64,000 nucleotides of DNA, taken from positions 157,389 to 221,388 of the forward strand of contig CAVTEU010000013.1 in assembly GCA_963733905.1 (NCBI GenBank), written 5' to 3'. This document shows positions 31,364 to 40,991 of the stretch, in pieces. The translations under genes and the position numbers were made by a program. The notes beneath the pieces were generated by a model, which worked only from the letters and a program-made list of their open reading frames with translations, had not been told where the DNA came from and did not search any database. How positions within the stretch are numbered: position 1 is the first letter of the stretch; each line of letters begins with the position of its first letter. The stretch comes from an uncultured Actinomycetes bacterium. GTDB lineage: Bacteria; Actinomycetota; Acidimicrobiia; Spongiisociales; DATADW01.

Positions 31364-32263
31364 GTGGGCGAGATCTTCGAAGCCCTTCTCCGACCCGAGA
31401 TGTTCGCCGGGCTCGCCGCCGGTGCCATTGCCGCCGTCGCTTGCGCCGCGGCTGCCCTCATCTTGCGTCGCCGCCCGCTCCCGGTCGCTGGACTGGCGAT
31501 CGCTGCCGCCTTCCTCGCCGTCCTCCGCCCCCCCACCCCCGTGCTCATCGCCGTGGGCTTGCTGGCGTTGATCGGGATAGCCGGCGATCTTCGGCCCGGT
31601 CTGATCCCCTTGGCCGGTGTGCTGGCTATCGGACCGGCGATGTTGTTGGTCTTCTCCGGAGAGGTCTTCGAGCCGTTGTGGGGTCGGATCGCCGGTGTGG
31701 CGGCCATATCGCTTGGTGGAGGACTCGCCGCCTGGTCGGAGCATCGGCGCCCCTCGAGCTGGGCCGGTCCGGTACTGGCCGCGGGCAGCGCTCTCGGGGT
31801 GTTCATCGTGGTTCCCGACACTGAGCGTGCCCTTGTCCTCCTCGGTGCGGCGCTGCCGGTCGCGCTCCTCGGCTGGCCATTGCGGCTGGCCAGGCTGGGA
31901 ACGGGCGGCGTGCTCTCCTTCGTCGGTGTCCTGGTGTGGGTCGTGCTCCGCGACGGCGCCACCCGCGACTCGGCCATCGTTGGCGGGCTTGCCGCCCTCG
32001 GCGTGCTGGTGGCCGAGCCGGTGGCTGTGCTGTTGGGTCGCCTGTTCTCGGGCGCTTGGTCCCCCCCGGTTTCCGATTGGCTCCTCGTTGCCACCGATGC
32101 CGTGGTCATCCTTCTCGCCGGCCGACTGGCCGGGACCCTCGACTCGGCCGAGGATGCCATGCTCGTCGCCGGGCTCGTCCTGGCGGGAGCGGTGGCGCTG
32201 CTGACCGCGGCGGAGCTGCGCCGACCCGAGCCGGAGGAAGCTGCCGGTCACGGGCCCCGGTAG
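31364..32263 (+). CDS. polytopic membrane protein of unknown function (~300 aa, about 8-9 predicted TM segments by eye)
   Basis: Second half of track ORF 30602..32263 is Ala/Leu/Gly-rich hydrophobic segments. Start candidates are GTG 31364 or ATG 31400. Divergent from the GT4 gene. Confidence 0.55.
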   Translation: MGEIFEALLRPEMFAGLAAGAIAAVACAAAALILRRRPLPVAGLAIAAAFLAVLRPPTPVLIAVGLLALIGIAGDLRPGLIPLAGVLAIGPAMLLVFSGEVFEPLWGRIAGVAAISLGGGLAAWSEHRRPSSWAGPVLAAGSALGVFIVVPDTERALVLLGAALPVALLGWPLRLARLGTGGVLSFVGVLVWVVLRDGATRDSAIVGGLAALGVLVAEPVAVLLGRLFSGAWSPPVSDWLLVATDAVVILLAGRLAGTLDSAEDAMLVAGLVLAGAVALLTAAELRRPEPEEAAGHGPR

Positions 32264-33052
32264 CCCCGCACCAGACGCCTCACTCGGTCCTCGAGCCGAA
32301 GGCCACCAACCATTCGGTGCCGGAAGAAGGTGATTCCGTCGCTCAGCTGGACCGGTACCCGGTTGAGCAGCAGCGGGTCGGTGGCACCCGTGACCGCCTT
32401 TCCGCTCCCCAGCGTGGCCGTCTCGTATGCCGATCGGACCACTCGGTCCGCCTGCGGCGACCAGTAGCCCCACGGATAGGTGAAGTGCCTCGGCTCGACC
32501 CCGAGCCGATCCTCGATCAGCCGGTTGGAGACGGTGACCTCCTCGGCCACCTCGGCTTCGTCGATCGAACGGAGGTCGGGGTGGGTGTGGGTATGGGCGC
32601 CAATGGTCACCCGGCCCTGCTCTGCCATCTCCCCCACCTGGTCCCAAGTCAGCGGCTCGGCGCGTCCGTCTTCGCGTAGGGGCTTTCTCGTTTCGATCGG
32701 CCCACTGGTGAGGTAGAGCGTGAAGGCGAGCCCTCTCTCCCGGAGAAGTGGAAAGGCATGGTGGTAGATGTCGGCGTAACCATCGTCAAAGGTCAACACG
32801 AACATCCGTGAGGACTCGGGGAAGAGATCGTGAGGCAACCGCGGTCTCGAGGTCGACGACCTCACCGTTCTCACCCAGCCAGTCGAGTTGGCGGCGGAAG
32901 TCATCGGTGGTGACCTCCATCTCCAGCCCGGTTCCGGCTCCAACCTGGTGATAGATGAGGATTCGCGGCCCGCGGAGTGGCCCGACGACCTTGTCGCCCG
33001 CGGCCGCCGCAAGCTTCACCGCCTGTTTGGCGGCTCTCGCCGCCGAGCTCAT
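32248..33052 (-). CDS. polysaccharide deacetylase (CE4/NodB homology), frameshift near 32830
   Basis: ILIYHQV... in frame 32786..33241; FVLTFDDGYADIYHHAFPLLRERGLAFTLYL...GAHTHTHPDL...FTYPWGY in frame 32248..33012. The ATG at 33052 overlaps the upstream stop (ATGA). Confidence 0.8.
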
Positions 33053-33813
33053 TCGGCGGCGAGAGCGGAGAGTTCGTCCCAGGACAAGACGGGAGCAGCC
33101 AGCAGACCCAGCCGCTGCAACGGAGCCAGATTGGGCCTGATCCCCTCGCTGAACTCGGGTGCCCAACCCTGGGGCTGGTTTCGATCGCCCCGCCACGGAT
33201 AGCGGATCCGTGCCTCTGGCGTAGTTCCCTCGTACAGCCACCCGAGGGTGATGTCGAAGGTGCGCAGCTCTTTCACCTGCGAATCCAACGCATCCACCTC
33301 GTCGCTGCGTCCCGCCTGGACGGCGTTGCGCAACTGGCGGTTGAGCCCGTCAATCTGATTGTGGAGCATCCCGGTGCGGAGATCGTCGAGGTGGTCGCGG
33401 TTGCACTGCACCGCCGGCACCAGAGCCTCGAAGGTTCCGTCGCGGCTCCGAACCTGCCACACATCGGGGTGCTGGTCCGTCTCTGCGACATGGCGGGTGA
33501 AGAAGCTTCGCCTCACCCAACCGTCGATCCCTTCGGCACCGTCCTGGGAACCGAGGACCGAGGCGAGCTCTCTATCGAGAGCGCGCTGGCTTGCCGGATC
33601 GAGGTCTGCGCCGAGCCGCTGGAGCACCAGTTCGCCGACCGTGGGGTGATCCTTGATCTCGACCAAGGGGATGAATCCCTCCCGGTTCACCTGTGCAGCC
33701 GGCTCGCCGGTCTCGGTGCCGTCACCGGTGAGCAGAGCGAGGACCTGGGCGTAAAGCTCGTCCTCCAGCTTGCCCCGACCCACGTCCACGCCGTCGAGCA
33801 CTTCGGCGAGCAT
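33049..33813 (-). CDS. protein resembling the C-terminal ~250-aa module of BREX/Pgl PglX-type (type IIG-like) DNA methyltransferases; no methyltransferase domain present
   Basis: EGFIPLVE...VGELVLQRLGADL...GIDGWVRRSFFTRHV...DVWQVRSRDGTFEALV...coiled segment...GWAPEFSEGIRPNLAPLQRLGLLAAPVL. ATG at 33813, but it may be fused to the upstream gene through a frame change. Confidence 0.45.
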   Translation of the reverse strand: MLAEVLDGVDVGRGKLEDELYAQVLALLTGDGTETGEPAAQVNREGFIPLVEIKDHPTVGELVLQRLGADLDPASQRALDRELASVLGSQDGAEGIDGWVRRSFFTRHVAETDQHPDVWQVRSRDGTFEALVPAVQCNRDHLDDLRTGMLHNQIDGLNRQLRNAVQAGRSDEVDALDSQVKELRTFDITLGWLYEGTTPEARIRYPWRGDRNQPQGWAPEFSEGIRPNLAPLQRLGLLAAPVLSWDELSALAAE

Positions 33814-35758
33814 CGGAGACGCTTCGCCGTCGACCTCGCTCGGCTCCGGCGTTGCCACCGGGGCCTCGAGCAGGCCCCGTGCTGAGGCCGGGCGGCCGAC
33901 GAGGTCGCCAGCGCACCGACGGGCTCCGATGCCGGTTCGGGCATCGCAACCGGTGGTGCGACAGGTGCCGGCGTCGGTGCAGCCTTGGGGAGAGGTGGCG
34001 GCGACGGCTCGACGATGATTTCGGGGAGTGGGCGATCGCTCTTGGATCCCCGCCGCTTGAACAGCCCTCGCAGCCCACGTGCCTCGGGATTGACCAGGGT
34101 GGCCCCGAGAACGCTCACTCCCCGCGACGACAGGTCGCGGTACATCTCTTCGACGGCAGACGCCGTACTGGTCCCGGGTTTTATGCACATGACGGTTTGG
34201 TCCACGTCGTAGAGCAAGGTCTGGGTCGTCGGGTCGGCCACGGCACCGGCAGCGACCACGACAGCGTCGAACCGCTCCTGGGCGGCATCGATCAACTGCA
34301 CCGCCCGTCTAGCGGCGACGGCATCGGCCGGATCATCGAGACCGATGCCGACCGGGATGGCGCGCAGCCCGGGCCCGGTCTCGGTCGATTCGGAGAGCAC
34401 CCAGTCGACGAACCCGGCGACCGCGGTGTTGTCGCGCGCCATCGGGTCGATCACATCGGAAAGGCTGGGCCCAAGTCCCTCGTACTCCGGAAGATCGGAG
34501 GGATGGGCGAAGTCACCGTCGATCAGCAGGACCCGCTGCCCTGCGGTGGCCAGGCTCATCGCATAGTCGGCTGCCACGGCGTGGGCGTCGCGTGAGCTGA
34601 CGTCCATGCCGGTGAACCCGAGCGCCAGGTGACGCTGGCGGGCGCGGCCGTCGATGGCGGCGCGCAGTGCCTGCACAGCCTGCTTGCGCGGCGAGCGGCG
34701 GACGGTCTGGTACCAGGGGCGTTGCCCGCTGGAGATCGGAGTCCTGGACGGCACCTCGCCCAGTGCTGGCACGGCGTCGAGGTCTCCGGTGGTCCACACC
34801 GGCCGGCGAATCCGGTCGGCGACGATCAGCACCGCCAGCCCGAGCAGCAGCCCGGCAACCGCACCGAGCAACCCGTTGATCAGCAGGTTGGCCGCTTGTG
34901 GGGTGACGTCCTCGGTGACTGCGGTCCCAAACGACTGCTCGCCCTCGGGACCAGCGGTGGCCAGCGCGGTGTGCTGATCGAGGACGGCCTGGAACTCCTC
35001 CTCGAGCAGTTGCTTCTGCACCTGCTCGGCGGACTGGGGCGCCTCGCCCTCGGCGGGCAGGGCGTCGAGTTCGGCTTGGAGGACGTCGAGCGCCTCCTCG
35101 ACCTCGGCGATCTCGGCATCGACGTCCTCGGCGGTCCGCTCCTCTTCCGCCTGGGGGTTCTGGGTCGGGCCGAGGATGTCCTCCACTCTGAGTCCGCTGA
35201 GCCTGTCCTCGAGGGCATCGATCGATTCCTGAATCTGCTCCCGGTCTCCGACGACCTCGGGGTCCTCGGCCAACTGGGCATCGATCCCTTCAATCTCGGA
35301 CCTGATCTCCTCAAGGCGTTCCTGCAGCGCGTCCAACTCCTCTTGCTTCTCTTGCGCCGCCTGGGTCTCTTCGTCCCCCCCGCCTGCCGGTATGACCGGA
35401 CCATGCCGTTCAACTCTTGGGTTGCGGTGTCCTGGTCAGGGGCGAATACCTGAAAGGTGAGGGTGCCTTCCTGGGTGTCACCGGTGATGCTGGCCGCCTC
35501 CCCGAGCCGGGCCAGCGTCTCCTCGTTGGCATCTTCCGAATCGATCTGGGCTGCCTCCACCGCCGAGCTGAGCCCCTCGCCGGTGCGGTCCGCCTCGCCT
35601 TGGGTGAAAGTGATGGTCCGCGTCGCTTGGAACACGGGTTGGATGGCGTCGTTGCGCCGTGACGTGATGACGACCGCTGGGATGGCGCCGAGCGCCGCCA
35701 CCAGCACAAGGACCCACCACCGGGCCTTGATCAGTCGTCCTATACGTGTCAGGTCCAC
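33687..35758 (-). CDS. polysaccharide co-polymerase (Wzz/Wzc-like) with degenerate BY-kinase-type P-loop domain; frameshift near 35380
   Basis: TM1 (ARWWVLVLVAALGAIPAVVI), a long acidic coiled-coil region, TM2 (LLINGLLGAVAGLLLGLAVLIV), then LGFTGMDVSSRDAHAVAADYAMSLATAGQRVLLIDGDFAHPS...FDAVVVAAGAV. No GK[ST] Walker A and no Tyr-rich tail. The true 3' end is unclear; the reading turns junk-like after ~33900. Confidence 0.7.
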
Positions 35759-37723
35759 TCTTCTTCACCTTCCTCCGGAACGCCCCCTTGTATTACAGCT
35801 TGCGACCAGGAAGCACCTACGACCTCACCGAGGAGGGCGCGGATCCCGGCCATGTCCCCATCGCCGGCCAGCTTGGCCAGTTGGGGGACAGCGTCGCCGA
35901 TGGCGCCACCCAGGGAGGCGCCGGCGCGAGCTACGTTGATCTTCGGGTTCGACGTCGGGAGCAGCGGCTCGAGAGAGAGCTGCTCGGTCATCTTCTCACC
36001 CTCTCGCCTCCCGGTGACCTCGACCTTGATGTCGCGGCCCGGGACCATCCCGGCCAGTCGGATCAGGCGGTGGGCTAAATCGCCGATCCGGACCGGCTCG
36101 GCCATGTCGAGCACGAAGATCTCGCCGCCCATCGCGAGGGCGCCTGCCTGCAGCACCAATTGAACCGCCTCGTCGACGGTCATGAAGTATCGCCTCATGT
36201 CCGGGTCGGTGAGAGTCACCGGTCCCCCCGATTTGATCTGACGGATGAATGTTGGGACCACGCTCCCCCGGCTGCCCAGGACATTCCCGAACCGGACCGA
36301 GGTGTAGGTGCAGCCGTCGTCCTGGCATGCCGCTTCCTGGACCATCAACTCCGCCACCCGCTTGGTGCTGCCCATGACGCTGGTGGGGGCCACCGCCTTA
36401 TCGGTGGAGATGAGGACAAATCGCCGCACCCCCACGGCGCGAGCCGCATCGAGCACGTTCCGGGTCCCGACGACGTTTGTCGCCACCGCCTCCTCGGGGC
36501 AGTCCTCGAGGATGGGGACGTGCTTCAACGCCGCGGCGTGGAAAACGACCTCAGGCTTGGTCTCGAGAAAGACACGTCGCACCCGTTCCCGGTCGCGGAT
36601 GTCGCACAGGACCTGGAGCGGCTCGCGACCCGTCTTCCGCCTCCAATCGAGGTTCGCCTCGAACAGGTGGGTTTCATCGTGGTCGACCACCACGATCTCG
36701 GCGGGCTCGAACTCGAGCAGCTGGCGGACAATCTCCGAGCCGATCGACCCGCCGGCACCGGTGACGAGGACCCGGCTCCCCCTGACCAGGGCGGCTACGG
36801 CGTCCAACTCGGTGGACACCGCCGGGCGTGGGAGGAGGTCAGTGATCTCCAGGTCACGGATGTCGCCCGTCGGCTGCCCACCTGCGAGCACGGCTCCGAG
36901 CTCGGGGACGATGCGGAGTCGGGCATTGTTGTAGAGGCATGCGTCGAGCACCTTGCGTGCCATGCGCTCGCCGCCTTCGGCAACGATCACCTGGTCGACC
37001 TCTTGCTCGTCCACCAACTCGGCGAGATCGTCGACCGAGCCCAGCACCGGTAGACCTACCAGCCGTCGGGACGCCTCGTAGGCGCTGTCGGTGACAAAGC
37101 CCGCCACATCGCCGCCGTGTGTCGACGTAAGGCTGCGCGCCACCTCGGCGGCGGCGCGTCCGGTGCCGACGATGATCGTCCTCTCAACCCGCGACCCATC
37201 GGGGTTCCGCTTGAAGCTGAAGAGACGTGACCGGAACCGCACCAGCCCCATGGCGAACAGGGTCAAGAGACCGCCGGTCACCACCACCGCCACTGGGATG
37301 GGACGCAGCCAAGGCTCCGCCACCGCCTCTGCCGGCCGACCGGGGGTTCCTGCCGGGGCGGGGGAGACAGCGGGGTCGATCAGGGTGTAGACGGCGAGGC
37401 CGACGAGGAGGATGGCGATGGCCGTGGCCGCGGCGAGCACCACCCGCTTGGCTTCGGCCACGCTGGCGTACTCCCACACGTGCCCGTAGGCACCGAAGAC
37501 GATGTTGGTGGACGAGGTGGACGAGGATGATGATCGGGAGCAGGACGAAGAGGCTCTCGGTGAACTCGCCCCGCAACCGGGCTGTCTCGGGGTCGAGCAG
37601 CCGGAGCCCGAGGGCCGAGGAATAGGCGAGTACCACGAGGATGGCGTCGATGAGGGCGAACGAAATGTCGGCGCGCACATGTGCGGCCGTCCTCGATACT
37701 TTCACCCGCCAGTCAGAGCTCAC
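35749..37723 (-). CDS. membrane-anchored polysaccharide biosynthesis protein CapD/WbpM-like (nucleotide-sugar 4,6-dehydratase), frameshift near 37505
   Basis: N-terminal TM region in frame 37184..37723; VLVTGAGGSIGSEIVRQL...FHAAALKHVP...STDKAV.PTSVMGSTKR in frame 35749..37680. Confidence 0.85.
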
Positions 37724-38002
37724 CAGCTCCCCCTGTCACCTCGGAAACAGCAGGGTTCCCGCTCGGGTGGGCAGCTTCGGAGCATCGAGGCCGTGGGCCT
37801 CAACTCTTCGGATACCCCCCGCAGCAGGACCCTAATCACGCTGCGTGTTCAACTAGACACAGATCGGCGTGTCGGCGCGAGTTCTTGAGCAGGCACAACG
37901 CGCCCAGGGTGGCGGCGTGCCCACGCTGGGAACGGGCTTCAGAAGCCGGTCCGGGGTGCCGATTCTATGCTCGTCAACCCGAACCCAAAGGGGAGTACTC
38001 CT

Positions 38003-38875
38003 ATGAAAGCTCTAGTCACTGGTGGTGCCGGTTTTCTCGGCCGCCAGGTCGCACGCCACCTCACCGCCAGCGGTTTTGAGGTCTCGATCTTCGATCGGAT
38101 GGACGCAGCCGATCCAGACATCCCGACCATCGTCGGTGATCTCGTCGACCCCGAGGCGGTGCGCGCCGCCGTCGAAGGACACGACGTCGTGTGCCACATC
38201 GGCGCCATCGGTGACGTCTACCTCGCCGGCGAGCAGCCGGCTCTGGCGTCTTCGGTCAACGTCACCGGCACCGCCCTGGTCGCCGATGCCGCCATCGCCA
38301 CCGGCGCCCGGGTGGTCTACGCCTCCACCTGGGAGGTGTACGGCGAGCCGCAGTACGAGCCGGTCGACGAGAACCATCCCACCGAGCCCGATCACCCGTA
38401 CAGCATCACCAAGCTCGGCGGGGAGAGGATCCTGATCTCCGCAGCCCATCTGCGGGGCCTCTCGACGGTCGCCCTCCGGCTGGGCACCGCCTACGGTCCG
38501 GGTCTCCGGCCCAACTCGGTGTTCCGCATCTTCATCGACCGGGCACGGCGCGGCGAGCCCATCACCATCCAGGGTGGCGGGTCGCAGGGACGTCAGTTCA
38601 CCCACTCCTCGGACATCGCCCGCGCCTTCGAGCTGGCGGCACGGTCCGACGTGAGCGGCCAGGTCTTCAACACGGTCGCCGACGAGACGGTTTCGATCAA
38701 GCAGCTCGCCGAACTGGTGGTCGAGCGCATCCCCACCGAGCTCACCTTTGGTGATCCCCGGCCGGGCGACGTGCCACCCGCCTTGGTGTCGTCGCAGAAG
38801 ATCGCCGACGTCCTCGGGTGGCGCCCCGAGATGCCGTTCGAGCAAGGTCTGCGCCATCTGATCGACGAGGGCTGA
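38003..38875 (+). CDS. NAD-dependent epimerase/dehydratase (SDR)
   Basis: MKALVTGGAGFLGRQVARHL...PYSITKLGGE...; RBS AAAGGGGAG; intact. Confidence 0.85.
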   Translation: MKALVTGGAGFLGRQVARHLTASGFEVSIFDRMDAADPDIPTIVGDLVDPEAVRAAVEGHDVVCHIGAIGDVYLAGEQPALASSVNVTGTALVADAAIATGARVVYASTWEVYGEPQYEPVDENHPTEPDHPYSITKLGGERILISAAHLRGLSTVALRLGTAYGPGLRPNSVFRIFIDRARRGEPITIQGGGSQGRQFTHSSDIARAFELAARSDVSGQVFNTVADETVSIKQLAELVVERIPTELTFGDPRPGDVPPALVSSQKIADVLGWRPEMPFEQGLRHLIDEG

Positions 38876-38877
38876 CA

Positions 38878-40019
38878 ATGCCCACCTCCGGGGCTGCCCC
38901 CCCGGGCGGGCCCGAAGGCCCGATGACCGCCCGTGCCCGGGTCCTTGTTCTCATCAAGGGCCTGGGCATTGGTGGTGCCGAGAGGCTCATCGCCGAGTCC
39001 GCCGGCTTCTGGGACCGCCGGTCTTTCGACTACTCGGTGGCGTACGTGCTCCCGTGGAAGGACCAGTTGGTCCCGGAGTTGCGCGCCCAGGACGTGGATG
39101 TGACCTGCATCGGAGGACGACGGGGAACCTCCCCGGCAACACCGATCAGGCTGCGCCGGATCATCCGAGAACGGGGTATCGACCTGGTCCACGCCCACCT
39201 CCCCAGCACGGGGATCATGGCGAGGACCGTTTCTTCGGTTCCGGTCGTTTACACCGAGCACAACGTCGCCCACTCGTATCGGGAGCCCACACGGACTCTC
39301 AACCGGCTCACCTACCGGCGCAACCGGGCGACCATCGCCGTCTCCGACGCCGTGGCCGAGAGCCTCGCCGGTTACGGGACCAAGGTTGAGGTGATCCCCA
39401 ACGGGGTCTCTGTGAGTGTTTCCGAGGCCGAGACCGATGCGGTGCGCGCCGAACTCGGTTTGAGCCGCGACGGACCCATTGGTTGTCCATGTCGGCAACA
39501 TCCGGCCGCACAAGGGGCACCGCAATCTGCTCGCCGCCGCCGGCGCGGTGCTCGCCCACCACCCCGACGCCACGATCGTCTCGGTCGGAGGCGAGAAGCA
39601 TCCCGGGGACCTGGCTGCGCTCGATGGCGGCAGCGGTCGAGGCCGGTGTATCCGACCGGGTGCGCTTCCTCGGACGCCGCGGCGATGCGCTCGCCTTCAT
39701 CGCAGCCGCCGACGTCGTGGTCAATCCCTCCGATCAAGAGGGTCTGCCCGTGGCGCTCCTCGAGGCGCTCGCCCTGGCCCGTCCGGTTGCCGCCACAGAT
39801 GTTGGGGGGGTTTCATCGGTGATCCACCAAGGCGAGACCGGGCTTCTCGTGCCCGCCGGGGACCCTGCGGCGCTGGCGGAGGCGGTCAGCCGGCTGCTCG
39901 GGGACCGCGAGATGGCCGCTGGGATGGGCAAGGCGGGGCGTGCCCTCGTCGAGGCGAAGCACGGCCTCGCCACGATGGTGAACGAAGTAGAAGACGTCTA
40001 CCGCCGGGTCCTCAGGTAG
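38878..40019 (+). CDS. glycosyltransferase family 4, 2 frame changes (~39478, ~39620)
   Basis: VLVLIKGLGIGGAERL... (frame 38818), VHVGNIRPHKGHRNLL (frame 39479), NPSDQEGLPVALLEALALARPVAATDVGGVSSVIHQGETGLLVPAGD (frame 39483..40019). An alternative start is at 38923. Confidence 0.8.
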
Positions 40020-40027
40020 TGAGCGGT

Positions 40028-40981
40028 ATGAACGAGACCATCACCATCCGCCCGTTCCGCGACGACGACCTCGACGCGGTTCTCGAGCTGCTTCGCTCCT
40101 CGCTCGGCGAGACCTCCCTGCTCCAGAGGACGCCCGAGTTGTTCGCCTGGAAGCACCTCGACAACCCGTTCGGCCGTTCCATCATCCTGGTAGCCGACGC
40201 TGGGGGGACTATCGCCGGGCTGCGCGCCTTCATGCGCTGGGAGCTGACCACGCCCGAAGGCGAGACGCTCCGCTGCGTGCGTGCGGTCGACACAGCCACT
40301 CACCGCGACTTCCAGCGCCGGGGAATCTTCAGCAGGCTCACCGAAGCTGCTGTCGAGGCGGCGAGTGAGGATGGGGTGGATCTCATCTTCAACACCCCCA
40401 ACGAGAAGTCGGGCGCCGGATACCTCAAGATGGGTTGGCAGCAGGTCGGACCCATCGGTGTGATGATGCGCCCCGGGATTGGGCTGCTGCGGAAAGGCAC
40501 CGGAGATGGCATCCCCCAGACGGGAGACCTGGTTCCCGGGAGTGAGCCGCTGGTGGACTTCCCCCCGGTCACCGCCCGTCTGCCGCGTGGCCTGCGGACC
40601 GCACGCACCCCCGATTACCTCCGCTGGCGGTTCACCGCCCACCCAACCGCCCGATATGCAGCGGTGGAAGCTGCCGACGGGGTCGCCGTGGTCCGCCCCA
40701 ACCTGCGCCGCGGTCGCCGCGAGCTCGTGCTCTCCGAGTTGATCGGCCCGGGTTCTGCTGCCGCCGCCAGGGAGACGACTCGGCGCTCGCGCGCCGACTA
40801 CATGGTCGGGTGGTTCTCCAAAGGAAGTCCCGAGCGCTCCGCCGCAGTCTCCGCCGGGCTGATCCCGCTACCCAAGGTCACCGCGCTGACCCTGGTGGCG
40901 CGCCCGCTGCGGGACCTGCCCGTGGACGTCACCTCGCCCGCAAGCTGGGACCTGGCTATGGGCGACCTGGAGTTACTGTGA
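40028..40981 (+). CDS. GNAT family N-acetyltransferase with C-terminal extension
   Basis: MNETITIRPFRDDDLDAVLELL...RAVDTATHRDFQRRGIFSRLTEAAV...FNTPNEKSGAGYLKMGW. Confidence 0.75.
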   Translation: MNETITIRPFRDDDLDAVLELLRSSLGETSLLQRTPELFAWKHLDNPFGRSIILVADAGGTIAGLRAFMRWELTTPEGETLRCVRAVDTATHRDFQRRGIFSRLTEAAVEAASEDGVDLIFNTPNEKSGAGYLKMGWQQVGPIGVMMRPGIGLLRKGTGDGIPQTGDLVPGSEPLVDFPPVTARLPRGLRTARTPDYLRWRFTAHPTARYAAVEAADGVAVVRPNLRRGRRELVLSELIGPGSAAAARETTRRSRADYMVGWFSKGSPERSAAVSAGLIPLPKVTALTLVARPLRDLPVDVTSPASWDLAMGDLELL

Positions 40982-40991
40982 GCGACGGGCG

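Noticed and set aside
24835-32263. Search for an exosortase/archaeosortase or PEP-CTERM-type sorting signal to accompany the hydrolase/ACP genes.
   Set aside because: No protein in the window shows the conserved Cys/Arg/His exosortase motifs or a C-terminal PEP-CTERM-like tail.
30623-32647. 674-aa minus-strand ORF, the longest in that region.
   Set aside because: It is composite. Only its last ~230 codons (from ~31315) are the GT4 N-terminal domain. The upstream part is antisense to the plus-strand membrane-protein gene and looks like junk.
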